Numbered from the stretch's first letter, positions 47,549-62,159 are shown. The stretch: 64,000 nucleotides of DNA from Camelus ferus (GCF_009834535.1 NC_045716.1:18972001-19036000); one strand, 5' to 3'. The notes: generated from the letters alone by a model not told the origin. Numbers and translations: made by a program.

Positions 47549-48959
47549 GATGTGACCATTTAGATAGAGGGAAGAAGAGAAATAATTTCTAATAAACTCA
47601 AGAAGTGAAATAAAATTAAGGTTTTTTTTTTTTCCCCCCAAAGGAAGGGTTACACTATAAGCAACTGTGGTCTATGGTGTGTGTGTTGGTTGGGGATGGG
47701 GTGTTGTGATAGGTCAATACAAATTTTCCACATTTGGAGAACCATGCTGTTTAGAGGAACCAAGCAGAATAGTGCGGGTGTGGGTTTTGTGTGTATATGG
47801 TATCGGAGGTATGAGGGTTTTATATGCTATTTGTATAGTTAGGGATGATACACAAATTACATAATAACTGGCTACGACACAGGAAGCAAGCAATCAGAAT
47901 GGACCCTCTCCCGATCAGCACCATTGCCTACAAACAAATACTGCAGCTATCCTGCTGTCTATTGGGTGCACGTCAGTGTTGAGTGTAGAGACTTTGCTAT
48001 GATCTGGGGTGTGGCCAGATTACCTTGGACATCTTAATATAGGTCTTTCCACAAGATGGCACTGATAGCTTTTCCTTGTTTCTCTCTCTCTCTCTCTCTC
48101 TTTTTTTTTTTCTTTTTTTGTATTTGTGATCTGTATACTGTTACAGAACATGCCATGACTGATATCTTAAAATTTACCAGTTGATTTCTTGTATTCTGAC
48201 AATTCTGTCATCTTCATGGCACTTAAATTATGTTTTTCCTTTAGACCATTCCAGGAGCACATTGAGACTTCATGTTGGCAGGTTGGGGGTGGTGGTGCCT
48301 TGGAAGCTATGACCAGGCAAGTTGGAGATGGAGACGGAGTTGGGGCCAGGCTTTGGTTTTGGCAAAGCTGTTCAGCAAAGGCAGGTGGAAGCAAAACCAG
48401 AGAAGAGGGAGCACTCAGGTAAGAGACACCTTTGCAGTGAAAATAGTTTTGGTGAACTCTCTCACTTGTACCATTCATGGTGCTACAAACTTTGCTTTGC
48501 CTTGGATCCGAAAGGGAGAAATTACTGCAAACTTTGCTTTGCAGTCTTCACAGTTTAAGTGTGAAATTTGGAAGGAACTTTAGAGACCTCCCCACCTCTA
48601 GTGGAGGAAACTCGCTGGTTGAGTCACTCAGTTGGTCTCGACGAGGACTCAGTCCACACTATCAAATGTTACTGGGTCACTAAACGGTGACCTCAACCAA
48701 ATTACTGAAACTTTCCAAGTCTCCCTTTCCTCATGGACCAAATACAGATATCTATAATGATACAGACTATTAAGGATTATTGATAGGATTAAATAAGCCA
48801 AGCATATGTCCAGTAGCCAGCACATAAGCGGTGCTCACAAATGGAAGCTACTGCTGCTACGACCATCATCACAGGATGATTTAGAGCCTGATGGGAGTAA
48901 ATGAAGAAATTACACGTATGCTGAAGTATCTCTAATGTGAAGTGTTAGTCACAGGATGC

Positions 48960-49362
48960 TGTGGTTGGCAGAATTCCAAGATGGCCCCAAATGACCCATT
49001 CCCTTCCACAATGGGTATCACTCCCATGATTATGCTATGTTACACAGCAAAAGGGGGCCACTTGGCAAGGGGGCCCCTGGGAGCTGAGAGTGATTCCCAG
49101 CTGACAGCTATAAGAAAGCAGGGACTTCGTCCTACAACTGCAAGGAAGTGAATTCTACCAAATGAATGTGCTTGGAGGAGGACCCCAAGCCTCAGATGAG
49201 AGTTGGAGCTTGGCTGGCATCTCAATTTCAGCCTGATGAGACCCTGAGCAGAGGATCCAGCTCACCCATAATTGGAATTATGACCTACAGATACTAAATG
49301 GGCATCTTTTTTAGCCACTAAGTTTGCAGCAATTGGTTACGTAGTAATAGAAAACTAATAGA
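48960..49362 (+). mobile_element. MLT1-type MaLR LTR
   Basis: TGTGGTTGGCAGAATTCCAAGATGGCCCC start; GTAATAGAAAACTAATA end. Confidence 0.75.
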
Positions 49363-49622
49363 GATGCCTTATTTACTTACTTAATTTTCTTATATGGTCT
49401 TCTTGCTATTACAATGCCAGACCTTTGAGGTATCTAAAGTGCAGCCTTATTTCTTATCTCTTTCCCCTTTATGTCTTCCAGTCTTCCAAACTAGACCACA
49501 TAGGTCCATTTTCCAGGGCAGATGGAACAAATACAGTGAATCTATGGAGCACAGCAATTGTCAATTTCTGTACCTCTCAGCATCTCCCCAACCTCCTGGC
49601 TCATCCTCCAACTGCCTATAGG

Positions 49623-49775
49623 CCAGTGCTTCCCAAAGTATGAGCCACAACTGAGCAGCTTCAGCACCACCTGGGAGCTTGTGAGAAATGCAGACTCTCG
49701 GGCCCCGCCCCGGTCCTGTGCGATCCCAGGTAGTTCACACGCACACGTGTGCCTGAGAAGCCCTGTTGTGAGCCC
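49623..49775 (+). mobile_element. MER5A-like hAT fossil
   Basis: CAGTGCTTCCCAAAGT start; GAAATGCAGACTCTCGGGCCCC motif. Confidence 0.6.
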
Positions 49776-50149
49776 GGTTTGCCCTGCAGCTGTGTTTTCC
49801 CTTCTTCCTGACAGTCATCGGGAGCACCTCCAACACAGCCTGGTCACAAGAGGTGGTGCCTGACATCTCCCGGTGTCTCCTCTCGAGCTGAGATGCTTTG
49901 GCTGAGCAGGGCTGTCCTTGGGCAGAGGAGCCAATTAGTAAAAGGAGAGGCTTCAAAGAGGCCTAACCGGCCCTGAGTAAAAGCCCGAGGTCAATTACAA
50001 ACACCTAACAGTCCCTGGCTGGAACAATCTATTGCTTCACCTACAGGTTAGGAAGATACCCAAGAAAACTACGCTTAGATGTGCATTGTGACTTTCCTGC
50101 TTTTATTCCAAGGAAGGGCTTGGCTCCCAGACTTCCTTTCTGTAGGAAC

Positions 50150-50830
50150 TCTTGAAATGTCACTTTCCACTCTACCTTTAAAGTAAGTTCCAGGCTTGGC
50201 TGAAATTGTCTGATTTATCATCCTTCAATTGAAGTGCACCACCCTCCCTCCAGTTTGGGAATAAGAGGGACAAAGCCATGGACCACCTCCTGCCACATCC
50301 CCTCAACTCCCCAGCAGAACTTCTTCCCTCCCAGATCCCATCCTTCTGGCATCTCCTTAGGACTCATCACCTCCCTGGCTCTCTGGACTGGCCTCCACTA
50401 TTCCAGCCCCTACACACTTCCCCTCTGTGCAGCTACGGTGACATTCATAGAGCACAACTTATTTCCCAGTTCTTCAGTAACTCCTTATTGCCTTCAAGGG
50501 AAAAAAAAATCCAACACTTACAGACTAGCATAAGGGCCCTCCAGGATGAGGCCTCTGGCTTCTCTCTTCAGCCTCATCTCACCTCATTCCTTTGCTGCAA
50601 TGTGTCCCATCACACTGAACAACGTTGGGATGCTCAGAAGCAGAGCTCTCTCATGTGCCTTTGCACATGCTGTTCCCTTTACTTGTCCCGTTCTTACCTT
50701 CACCCTGAAGCAACTCCTCACCTCCCTCAAGATTCAGTTTGGAACACGTTGGTCTCTCTTGGAAGCCTTCCCTGTGCCCTTACATTTGATGTTTTATATC
50801 TCTCTTCTGAACTTCTGTGGCATCTCTAGT
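50150..50830 (-). mobile_element. L2 fragment
   Basis: Degenerate L2 sequence (CCTTTGCACATGCTGTTCCC motif). Confidence 0.55.
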
Positions 50831-51431
50831 CAAAACATTTAATACATTATATATTTAAGACATTTTAATGTATTGCTTTATTATACAAGTACTATATTTT
50901 CATTATAAAAGCATTTATATATACACAAAAAGAAAAAATGATTACCTATTACTTATTTATATCAGTTAGTGTTCAAAGAGAAGACGCTCTATGTTTTCCA
51001 AGGATGAAGGAAAGTGACACAAGACATGAGAGGCTGACACACCTGTTAGATGGGCTGCAGTAGCAAAGGTCCCAGGTGACCTTAGCCTGTGACATCTAAG
51101 TGAGAGGCTCTCAAAAGACCTTGCCTGGAAGCCACTCCACTAGAAAGCCCAAGAACTTCTGGAAAGTTCCCGCTAGTTATCTCAGTCTGTGGCGCTAATG
51201 GGGGGAGTCTCAAGAGATTCACCTGGACGCTGTTTTGAACCGCTCATCCGCTTATGCATTTGCCTATCTCTGGAAAAGGATGGCTGCTTCTCTCTTTTGG
51301 AAATACTGCTCCCAGCATCTCCTCTGTGGTGCAGAGACCTTCATGATGAGATGCACTGATGCTAAGCTTACAACGGACAACTCTCCTAAAGATAAGCACA
51401 TTTAGATGCATCATCTTTCTTATGTATGTAT

Positions 51432-51433
<2 letters not shown>

Positions 51434-51481
<48 letters not shown>
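51434..51481. repeat. (GT)24 microsatellite
   Basis: Perfect dinucleotide run. Confidence 0.97.
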
Positions 51482-51483
<2 letters not shown>

Positions 51484-51601
51484 GTGAATAATCTACATAT
51501 AAAACCCTCTTTACTGTGCGCTCTCTCTGTATATCTATATACGTTTCTCCCCACTGGCTCCTTGAAGGTTTAATGAGCTTGCTTCTCTACTTTTTAGAGC
51601 A

Positions 51602-51797
51602 NNNNNNNNNNNNNNNNNNNNNNNNNNNNNNNNNNNNNNNNNNNNNNNNNNNNNNNNNNNNNNNNNNNNNNNNNNNNNNNNNNNNNNNNNNNNNNNNNNN
51701 NNNNNNNNNNNNNNNNNNNNNNNNNNNNNNNNNNNNNNNNNNNNNNNNNNNNNNNNNNNNNNNNNNNNNNNNNNNNNNNNNNNNNNNNNNNNNNNNN
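51602..51797. other. Assembly gap (196 N)
   Basis: Run of N. Confidence 1.
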
Positions 51798-53800
51798 AGG
51801 ACGGGGGTGGGGTTGGAAGGGACCAGAAAGGTGGTTTACTTAGAATCTTTCTAAAATATCCCCTCTAATTACTTCTAGGTTGGTATTCCCCCCAAATTAA
51901 TCATGTTTTTCAAATTGGAAGTCGGGGCTGTGGGGGCCGAAAGCTCCAGCGGGCACATCTATCTTCTGTGCCTACTATGGGGCTTGGCGTGTGGAGGTCT
52001 CAGGAAACACATTTTGATGGACTGTGTGTTGGGGCAGGATGTAGTGCTGGTGGCTGAGAAGGGTGCACGGCACATGTGAGTTTCAGCTCTGTAGGATTGG
52101 AGGCCATGAGATGGCTTCAGAGACCGTGGTCTGGGTACCATCCCCACTCAAGTTCCAGGAGAAAGTAGATGCCCCAATGGTCAGAGAGAAAAGAACCTAG
52201 GCCGAGATTCACTGGCCTTAAATGACTGGCCAGAAGCTTCTGTAACTGCCTTTCTGTTAATTTGTGCAAATCATCAGAAAGCTAGATATGTCAGCCAACA
52301 GCGTAAGTGTATAAACATCAGTGACTTGCTGCTGAAGGTACAGCCCCAGAGGTCGTAGATGCAGGAAAGAATTTTGAGTTCTCCATGAGATCGGTATTTT
52401 GAAGCAACAGAGCTGGTGGAGGTGGTGGGTTCAAATCCTGAATCTGCCATTTAAAGCTACATAACCCTGAATAAACTGCTTTACACCCCAGCGCCCTCCT
52501 CTTGTAAAGTGGAGATAATGCTAACTGCCAACCAAATAGGGTTGTGAGGATCCAACGAGTTAACCCATGTAAAGTGCTCTGAACGATGCTCAGCAGAGCG
52601 AGGGCATCAGTGAACGCTGCCTCTTGTTATCATCATCATCACAGTAGGCGCTACGGACCTACCAGGTCTAATTGGTAGTCGGTGTTTCAATTAGAGAGTA
52701 ACGGGGTATCCATTCCTCTCTGCCCTCGGAGTGGAGTGCTGTAGCGACCCTCTCTGGTCCCAAAGAATACATTCAAGACTTCCTCCAGTTGTCCCTTAGG
52801 TTAGGGTAGGAACATCATTTGCAGTGCTAAGTCTGGAAACTTAGGCAGAGGTTAATAGTATAACAAGGAAGCAAGCAAGCAAGCAAACAAAGCAGAACAG
52901 AAAACCACCACATGCAAACAGAAGTTTCAGTGAATCCCCCTGTCACACTTTGATGGGATATTCTGCTTCATGGGGGAAAAACAGTGCAAACATGTCTGGA
53001 TTCTTAGACTCACAATTGGTAGCAAGGGAAGAATGTGTCTTTTAGCAGAGTTTTATGCCTTCTCAATCCTTGAAGGTAAGACATCATGAATCAAGAGACA
53101 GTTTCAAAATGTGTTCGTCATTGCCCACTCCTATTGATGAAAAAACCCCAACCTCTTTTGGAGAAAATGATTGATGAGACGAGAACCTTTGAGACCACTA
53201 AAACACGTTCCTGATTCTCTTTATTTTAGTGAAAAACTAAATATACCTATATCCCCAGTTGAGAAAGACAAATCAAGTCTCATGTCTGATCTTAGCAAAA
53301 TTCAAATAATGGGTTTGAAATGCCAATAATTCTGTTCAATTCTTTTTCTCTTGTGCAAATACTGAAGAATATATGTTACATGATTATTCAGATGTTCAAA
53401 GAGTTATTTAGGATAAGAAAATTTTCAAGTCCATATAGAATTTATTTCTAGGATTGCTTATGACCATAACAGAAAAGATTAATGAGTTAGAGTTATTTTT
53501 TTGAAATTCATGATACTCTAAAGACTATCTTTGGTCAGAAATATATTTGATTCACAAGAATGTAGAAATAAAGTGAGAAAAAGTTTTTTAGAAAAAGTTT
53601 AGCTTCGTTTTTATAGTATTTTGGATCTCCAAGGCTATAGGAAGTCTTAGCCGTTATCATCTTGGTGTTTCCAAACCTCTGCACCTCTTCAATTCAGTTA
53701 AACAAATATATACTAGGTATGCCTAGGTAAACAAAATATATTGGGCTATACACTTGAATGAAGATACAGAGAAAAGTACACTTTACTTACACTTTAGTGC

Positions 53801-55903
53801 TGTAGAGGATTGTTACAGCCACGACCCCGATGAAACACACCTGCCAGTTTCCACATCCTTTTATAATCTCCTATCACATTGACACTGGGTTCAGCCACGT
53901 GACTTGCTTTGGCCCAGCGACATAAGTAAACGTGATGGAAGCACAGGTGTGATAAGCACTTGCACACTGAGGCTTGTCCTCTTGGAACCCTGAGCCCACC
54001 ATGAATGAAGAAACCCAGAATTAAATACTGAGTGGTAGGAGAGGCCAGTTGTGTTCAGTCTCCAAGGGCAATGCCCCCAGATGAATGCAGCTGCATCAGT
54101 GACCCAAGACATCACCTGCAGAAGAATGGTCCAGCTAACTTATGGAATCATGATAATCATGAAGTCACTATGTTTTGGAATATCTTGCTACATAAATGGA
54201 AAACTAGCATAAAAATTGATAACAAGAAGTGGCACACTGATATAATAAAAACCTAAACTAGGCAGCATTGGTTTTGGGACTGAGTGTCTGGTAGAGGCTA
54301 CGGAGACAGCCAGCAGGGTGCTGGTGGAGCCTGGCAGACCTGAGAGGAAACTGCTACTGGAGGTTGATAAAGGGCAACCCAGAGTGTGTAATAGTGACAC
54401 AACTGGCAACACTGTCACCTCCAGTAACTTGGAAGATAGAAAGTGTACTTAATGTGGATTTGCCTTGAGATTTGCATTTAGAATGATGAGGGTCATCAAT
54501 TAACTTTTTAAAAGGTATATATAATAAGATATGAGAAGAGAGAGATGAACTAAAGAAAGAACTGCTCCATTTGTCAGCAGAATTTCAAGTACATATGGAG
54601 GGTCCAGGATGCACTGAGCTGGAAAATAAAACCATTTCACATTTCCCGTCTCTTCAATAGGCAGACGATCCTCAAAGTAAGAAACTGACCTCAGGACGCA
54701 GATCAAATCAAGAGTGTGGTTATAAGACTTTAAACGGTGTCTACCAGACTCTCTTAGCTAGATAAAGGATCTTCTAAGAATCTTGAGGGCATTTTCCCTT
54801 AGCACCTTGACATGCTGACCTAAAGTGGAGGCCTGTCTTAAAAATAATTGTTAGTATAGCTTTTGTCTAATGAAATGGACTATAACCTGGTATGTGGAAA
54901 GCTCACAAAGTTTATAAGGGAACTGGACCAGGTTAGACTAAATGGTGCAGGAAGCAAGCTGAGAAAGTCACTCAGCTGCAAACAAAGGTTATTTCTTATT
55001 GAAAGGAAAACCATCTCAAAGGGCAGAGCCAACCACTTCCAGGGAGTAGAATCAGGCTCTTTTCAAGATCCATTTCCTGTATTCAGAATAGGAGGCCTTG
55101 CCACATTTGCCTGGCTGGGTTTCAGAATTGCTATGGACCAGTGACTTCTATGTGGCCCCCTGTTCCTCCTCCTTTTAAGTGGGAGTGTCTATTGGGTGTT
55201 CCATCCTCACAATTGTGTGCTGGGTGTGTGTGGAGCAGATAAGTTGTTTCTTCAGTCCATCGTGAGAAGTCCCTGAATGATGAGAAGACACACTTGAGAA
55301 GCTGCATGAGGAACTGCACCTGAGGAGCCTCAACCACATCTGGAGCTGAGGCAGATCAGGACATCCTGGACTTACAGTTCGATGCCATCACTGGACGAGC
55401 TCTTGTTGGTTTGGAGATGGGTAGTGTATCTTTCAAATAAGAGGGATGTGGGTCACTGGGGCCGGGGGAAGACTGTGGTACCTTGTTATAGCAATGACCC
55501 TCAATAAATTATGCCTTGTGGTATCCGTGCCCTGGGTAGCCCCCTCCCACAACTCTACGCTTGACCATAAGACTTGCTTTGGTCAATGAGATACCAGCAC
55601 ATGTGATGCAAGTAGAGGCTTCACACTGGGCCTTGTCCTCTTGGAAGCTGCCCTGAGATCACCATGCTGTGAAGACATCTAATGAAAGACAACACAGAGA
55701 GAGAGGCCCTGTCATCTTAAACTGTCCCAGTTTAACTCTGCACCCAGCTAACCCATCAGCTAAATGTGGCTTCCTGAGTGGCCCCAGGCAAGACCAATGG
55801 AGAATGGCCCAAATACTCACAGAATCATGAGATAAAATAAATAGTTGTTTTAAGCCACAGATTTGGGGATGGTTTATTATGCAGCAATAGTTGACCTGAT
55901 ACA
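53801..55903 (+). mobile_element. MLT1-type MaLR with LTR-internal-LTR structure
   Basis: LTR-like 53801-54209 and 55474-55903, non-coding internal region, purine-rich tract just before the 3' LTR. Confidence 0.7.
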
Positions 55904-58090
55904 GGCGTCTGTTACTAAGCATCCAGTTACATCTAGTCAATTGTAGAAAGGAGGATGCTATACACGGGGTTATACGGATTTCTGAAAGTCACTGGTGCTC
56001 TCTCTTGACAGCTTTGTGTACCAGAAGAAGAACTGAGGATGGAGTGAAGGTAATGTGTTACAGGGTCTCACAGCTGTATGTAAAGATGCTGAATAATGGA
56101 TGAAGCCCTTGACAAATGTGGCAGAATGGGCTGAGAATGGGCTATGGATCAGGGAGACCTGGTGCAATCGTAGTTCTAAAACTTTAACTTTAGGCAAGTT
56201 ACCTAACTTCTCAGAGTCTTTGTTTCTGGACCTGTGAAATAGGGATTACACTGTCTATTTTATGAGATTACTATCAGGGTTGACTGAGATAATATGTATC
56301 AAAATATGCAGTGCAATGCCTGGCAGGTGGTAGGTTTTCCCATATGTTGCTTTCTTTCTATTTGAGTTTGCTCTGTTCACCATGCAACATTTCATTGAGG
56401 AATCCACTGAGACATTGGCCTTGGGGATCATGGAACAACAACTCCAGGATTAGGAAAACTGGGGAAATTGGATTCATGATTGCAGGGTTAGGGATCTGTA
56501 AGCCAATTCCAAGGATAGGGCAGAATTTCTGAACTGATTTGTCTTCAGAGTTCTTTCACATGTGCTTTCATTGATTTTCATAACACACTGTGCACTGGCT
56601 CAGTCTTTGGAATACTTTTCCTCTCTCACTTGTCAGAATGATCTCTCCTTAGTCCCATTTCCTTAGGGTCCTGCTGAAGTACTTCCTTGTATTATAAATT
56701 GCTCTTAAAAATATGAATTCCATCCAGAAGTAGAGTCAGTGACACATCTCTGACATAACCCAAGACGGACAAATGAAGGTATCCCTTCTGTGAGAAAATG
56801 ATGGTCTTACTTCTGAGTCACGGATGTGGTTAACCAGGCAAAGGCAATGTCTCATCACTCAGATGATATGGCCTCAAAAAATGAAGAAGAGGACCCAGTT
56901 GGGCACTACATTTAGGACATTTCCAAAACAAGGTACCAGAGGAAATCCTGGCCAGTTGGAAGGGCAGCACAGTTACCAACGAGTTGACTACTTCAGCTTA
57001 GTACCCATTTGAACTCTGCTGGCCGCCAGGATAGTTTGTGATAGCAAGACAGGATGACTATGGTGCACTGGTAAAAAAGGTTAATTAACCTCCAAACATA
57101 AAATGATGGAAGAAGGAAAAAAATAAGAAGCTCTTCTGGGGCAGGGAATGAGAATACTCCTTCGGTGACGATCCCCTCCAGCCCCCTGGAGAAGGGAATG
57201 CATCCATTACAGAGGTCCTCAAAATGTTTGTGACACACAGGGAGACTTGAGGGGTAGGGTGGATACTTTATCAACAACCTATTCTTTCCCATTTTTTTTT
57301 TTTTCCTGATCCACTTGCTGATTTGGGTGGCCTTGGGTTCTAAGTCTTTGGTTTCTTTTTGTTGGTTTTGTTTTTGACTTTCCAATTGTTGAGCAACTTC
57401 TATGCATCAGATGCTGTGCTAGGTATTTAATATCTGTTTTGCTATTTAATTCTTACAACTACCCTACATTGGAGATACTGTTTTCCCCCTACTTTATAAA
57501 CGATTCGACCTGGAAAGATTTGAAAGCAGGTCTTCCTGACTGTGAGGGTTTTGTTCATTCACTGCACCATGGTGGTGGCGGAGAGGGCAGCTGCAAGGCC
57601 TTTGACTCAAGAACAATTACACTCACCTTTGGAAGAATGAGTCTCTTCACCGACTAGATTCTGGCTTTTCTTCCTCATGTAGTACTGTTGAATACAAAGT
57701 GCTTTCTGAAGATTTCTTACCACAAAACTGCTCAAGTTCTGCTCTCATTGGGAACTGATTTGTTTACTCTCATTAATTTCATCTGGTTGAAGCCTTCCTT
57801 CCCCTGCTTTTTAAAAAAGGACAGTATTGCTCTATCAAATCATAGAGCCATTATTTTGGTGGGCTTTTCATATAAATGTTGTGCTAGTTTTGTCTTTCAT
57901 AAATTAGTTGGATTTTTTTCCAACTATTATTTTCTATGAGGAACAGGTTAGGTGTAGGTAAAATACTACATCATTAGCTATGTTTTACTATTAGGGGTTG
58001 GAAAAATCTGTCAAGAGTAGACTTAAGATTGCTTTTAAATGTAATTGATCTTGTTTTGGTCTTTGTGCAGAAAAACTAGGAATGGACTAT

Positions 58091-58565
58091 TGTATCAGTC
58101 AGGGTTTTGTAAGTAAACAGATAGCCTATACAAACTAAATAACTGAAGAGAGGTTAAGAAAGGAACTATATACAAAGGTAAAGGCAAAACTGAGGAAAAC
58201 CTACAAGGGTTGGTTAGTACTTTGGGAACCTTGCAACTCACCAGCCTGAATGATCAAACGAAGTGAGGGCTTACTGGAATTCAAAGAGTGCAGTTGTATA
58301 GAGAGGGCTGCGGACATGAGCTACAGCCTTTGCTTAGGGAATGAAGCCAACCCATGGTGGCCAGGCAGGGAGGGAACTGGGGGACAGATAATCTAACCTT
58401 CCTACTTCCCATCCTCTAATCTCCTGCTAGTGCCTCCCACTGGCTGAACTCCTCCAGAAGTGAGAGGGGAAGGGAGCTTGCTGATACAGCCCATACATTC
58501 CAGCCTTTCAGGGGCACAGGGCAGTGGGGAGAAGTGTGGAGAGGGGATGGAGAAGGCCCAACAGA
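58091..58565. mobile_element. Old MaLR/ERVL LTR
   Basis: TGTATCAGTCAGGG terminus; subfamily and orientation uncertain. Confidence 0.5.
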
Positions 58566-59607
58566 AGTCACTCGAAGCAGCTGGCATGCAAGATCTGATA
58601 ACTTATGTTTATGTCCAACCTGAACTTTCGACCACAGCAAGCATTCATGAGAATGGTCTTCTAACAGATGAGATAATAATTTCAGTCTTAAAAAAATAGG
58701 ACTGTGTTCTGGCTCTGCCTCCTCCAACCTTTCTTTTTAATTTCTTAATAATTTGAAACAATTTGCACATGATCTAGCTGCATGTACCCCTATTATGAAA
58801 AGCATAAAAATAACTATTCTCTATGCTGCTGGTATAATTTTATTGTCACTAACCAGAAATGGCCTCTCTATCTTACTGGAAAACAGAGTGACTCGAATTC
58901 AACTTTCCTAAATCCCAAATCATCTTTTTTGGCAGATAGTATTTTCAATCTAATTGCCTTATATCTAATGATTATATAGAGCCAGCCAACTTTTTCAGCT
59001 ACTTTGGGGTACATTTTGCAACCATTTTCTCTGGTGGTTTCACTAGAAAATTATGCTACTTAAAAGTAGATATTTCTTGGGTGCATTATTGACATGGATT
59101 TGTTTGTTTCTGGGGCCTGGGAGATGGGTAAAACCTATTTTGAAAACATTTTCAGATACAGAGTACCATGCCTGCTCAGTAAATGATAGGTTGAATAAAA
59201 GAGTGAGGGAATTAACTTTGTAGCTTTGATTTTATCTTTTTTTTCTTCCTTCAAAGGTTGTTAGGAAACAGTTTTTAGAAACTGGCTTGAGGAAAATTTT
59301 AGTCTTGCCAGTAGGTCTCCCACTGAAAACCCTTCCACCTGGAGATGGGGTGTAGCAGCTATTTGGGTCTTGGATAGGAGCCTTCATTTACTTTAAAGGA
59401 AGGGAAATGACCTCCTGCCCTGTTGAGTTTTAAGGTGCATGAGATGCTCCTCTGTTAACCATACTGATTCCATGCAATTCATATTCTTGTCACATGTTAG
59501 AAGCTGGGCATTTCTGCTGCCCAGTGCCCACCAGGAGCTTAATTAGATGGTTGAGCAATTCTGATTGACAGCTAAGGGATATACAGTTCTTTCGTTATTC
59601 TCGATCA

Positions 59608-59820
59608 ACACCGTCCAACAGAACTTTTCTGCCATGATGGAAATGTTCCATAGTAGTGCTGCACAATATGACAGTCACTAGGCATGTGTGGCTGTTAAGC
59701 GTTTGAAATGTGGCTATTAAGACTGAAGAATGACATCTACATTTTAAAATTTACTATCAATTAATTTAAATTTAAAATTAAGCCACTTATGCCAGTGGCT
59801 ACCATATCGGGCAGCACAAC
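59608..59820. mobile_element. MER3-like hAT fossil
   Basis: GAACTTTTCTGCCATGATGGAAATGTT motif, similar to the element at 25.4 kb. Confidence 0.6.
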
Positions 59821-59924
59821 TCTAGATGTTCTAGCTTTATTCCTGGATCAAGTCAGACTATCCTTTCTTTGGCTTTCAGAAGAATAGCATTTATTGAATC
59901 ACAAATTTCTAGTTTGTCCTTTAT

Positions 59925-60344
59925 AGTGGTTTTAAAACATTTTTTTCACATTCTTGGTCACTTCTCCATCACAATATGGAGGTGAATTACTCTTCCCTTG
60001 AATGTGGATTGGCTTCGGTGACTTGTTTCTGGCAAACAGAATGTGGAAGAAGCGATGCCATGTGACTTTTGAGGCTGGTTCATGAAAGGTGGTCCAGCCT
60101 GCCTGGCTCTCTCCCTCTCAGCCGGAGCTTCCTTGTAAGGATTCTGGCTGCTCTCCTGCTACCAGGTGGAAGTCACGAGGAGAGACCACCTACAGAAATC
60201 TGAAAAGGATCAGCTGATCTAGCCCCCAGCTTAGAGAACTGTTCAGCTAATTCCAGCCAGTCCCCAGTGAGATAAAAATAAATGATCGCTATCGTTTAAA
60301 ATCACTATTTTGAGGTTGTTACACAGCAATAAATAACTGGAACA
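59925..60344 (+). mobile_element. MLT1-type MaLR LTR
   Basis: 3' end GTTGTTACACAGCAATAAATAACTGGAACA. Confidence 0.7.
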
Positions 60345-60643
60345 GTCTTGTAGGAAAGGATGCAGCAGAAAACGGTTCTATTAAATGCTCAGATGTATTC
60401 ATTGTTGAGTTGTTTTGAGGACCAAGTCTGTTACGTTGATTTCTTGTGATCTTAATATCAGGAAGAGCTGCACTTTCTCGAACAAATAAAGTCTTTTACT
60501 TTAATACCTTTTTGCTTTGGTTGCTAGGAAACTCAAAGCTGAATTCACACCCCACCTTTGTAACTAAATAGGACTGTCTTTTCCTTTCGCTTCATCTTAC
60601 TATTCCCTTCACCTTTTTTGTCTTTTTAAAAACCTCAATGCAG

Positions 60644-60770
60644 GGGGAGGATACAGCTCAAGGGGTAGAGCACATGCTTAGCATGCACAAGGTCCTGGGT
60701 TCAATCCCTAGTACCTCCTCTAAAAATAAACAAATAAACCTAATCCCCCCACCACCACAAAATAAAATAG
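60644..60770 (+). mobile_element. tRNA-Ala-derived camelid SINE
   Basis: 14-bp TSD AAACCTCAATGCAG (60630-60643 / 60771-60784). Confidence 0.9.
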
Positions 60771-61198
60771 AAACCTCAATGCAGTATATACATTGTCAAA
60801 CAACTTCAAAAAATGAATGCAAGTGATGTTATACCTTTGCCGAACCAATGTGAGCTGTGAGATCGTTCAGTGGATTGGTAACAGTGGCTGGGAGAGCCCT
60901 GGAATTGTGTACCTCTAAAATGACCTTATTTTATATGAGGAAAATAAGGCCCTGAGAAGTAAAGTAACTGCTGAGGGATACAGGGCTGGTGAGCATCAGA
61001 ATCTCAGCCCAGGTGAAGCTGCGTCTTATCATCCATTCACCCATATGGTACCCATTGGCCAGATGTTGGTTCTTTATTGAGGGCCACCTCTGGGGATGGG
61101 ATAGTGGTACAAAGACTAAGTAAGAACTCACCGAGGGATTGACTCTCAAGATTATTCCTGGTGGGGATATTACGTGTGTTTAAACATAAAGTAAAATA

Positions 61199-61434
61199 CA
61201 GTCAGCCCTTGAACAACCAGGGATTAGGGGCGCTGACCCTCTGCACAGTAAAAAATCCACTTATAAGTTACAGTCAGCCCTCTGTATACACGGTTCCTTC
61301 CATCCACTGTTTCACATCCAGGGATTCAACCAACCATGCATCATGTAGTACTGTAGTACTTACTAACTGAAAAAAAGAACCCATGTACAAGTGGAACCAT
61401 GTGCTTCAAACCCATGGTGTTCAAGAGTCAACTG
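61199..61434 (+). mobile_element. MER8-like (Tigger2-derived) MITE
   Basis: TIRs CAGTCAGCCCTTGAACA / TGTTCAAGAGTCAACTG, TA duplication on both sides, 236 bp. Confidence 0.8.
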
Positions 61435-62159
61435 TATATCATAAAAGAGGTACAAATTAAGTGTTGTAAAGGTTCAGAGGAATTAAGGATCACTTCCAAG
61501 TGGAGGATCATGGAAGGCTTCGTGAAAGAGTGATAACTGGGCTAGGCCTGGAAGGACGAGTATGACTCATCTAGAGAGAGGATGGGGTGGAGGGTGGAGA
61601 CTAGCAGCAGCGAGTTCAATGCTGGGAATTCTAGGCACTGTGGCATTTGGTGGGGAAGGTATTTTTGGAAGTGGGCTGTGACACATCTCAAATTATACTA
61701 TATGAGTACTTGCTTACTCTTCTGTTGTGGGACAAGCCCTGTCCAGGGGTGTGTGACCTGCACAAGTGGATGAGTCGACTCAGGGAAAGAGACAAATACT
61801 GATTAAAGCTTCCACACAGCTGACTGCGTAGAAAACCCAACACTTAGGACTATGTTCTGAGGTAACTGCTTAAAACCTTTCATCAACAAATAGCTTTTAG
61901 ACTTCAGTATGGAAGAGAAAATACTGGAAGAGATTCTACAGCCTTGCGCAGCTCTGCAAACAGTGGGCATTTCAGGGCACTTGTGAGGGAACCCAATGTC
62001 ATGTTTAGCTTCTTTTTAGACTGTCCTTACATTTCTTGCAGTCTCCTGTGATCATAGGAGACCGGTATTCCATGGACAGTAAGCCCAGAAAAGCTAAAGA
62101 GTGGAGCTCTGTAGAGACAGATCTGCAGTTCTTTCCAGAGCCTGACTTATAACAACTGT

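Noticed and set aside
48486-48542. 15-bp direct repeat CAAACTTTGCTTTGC with a 27-bp spacer (CRISPR-like spacing)
   Set aside because: Only two copies, in a mammalian genome with no cas genes; a local duplication.
9310-60770. Ten tRNA-Ala(AGC)-like sequences as real tRNA genes
   Set aside because: All share the same A-rich SINE tail, several have TSDs, and most have broken stems; they are SINE copies. Only the 38652 copy folds fully and is listed as a finding.
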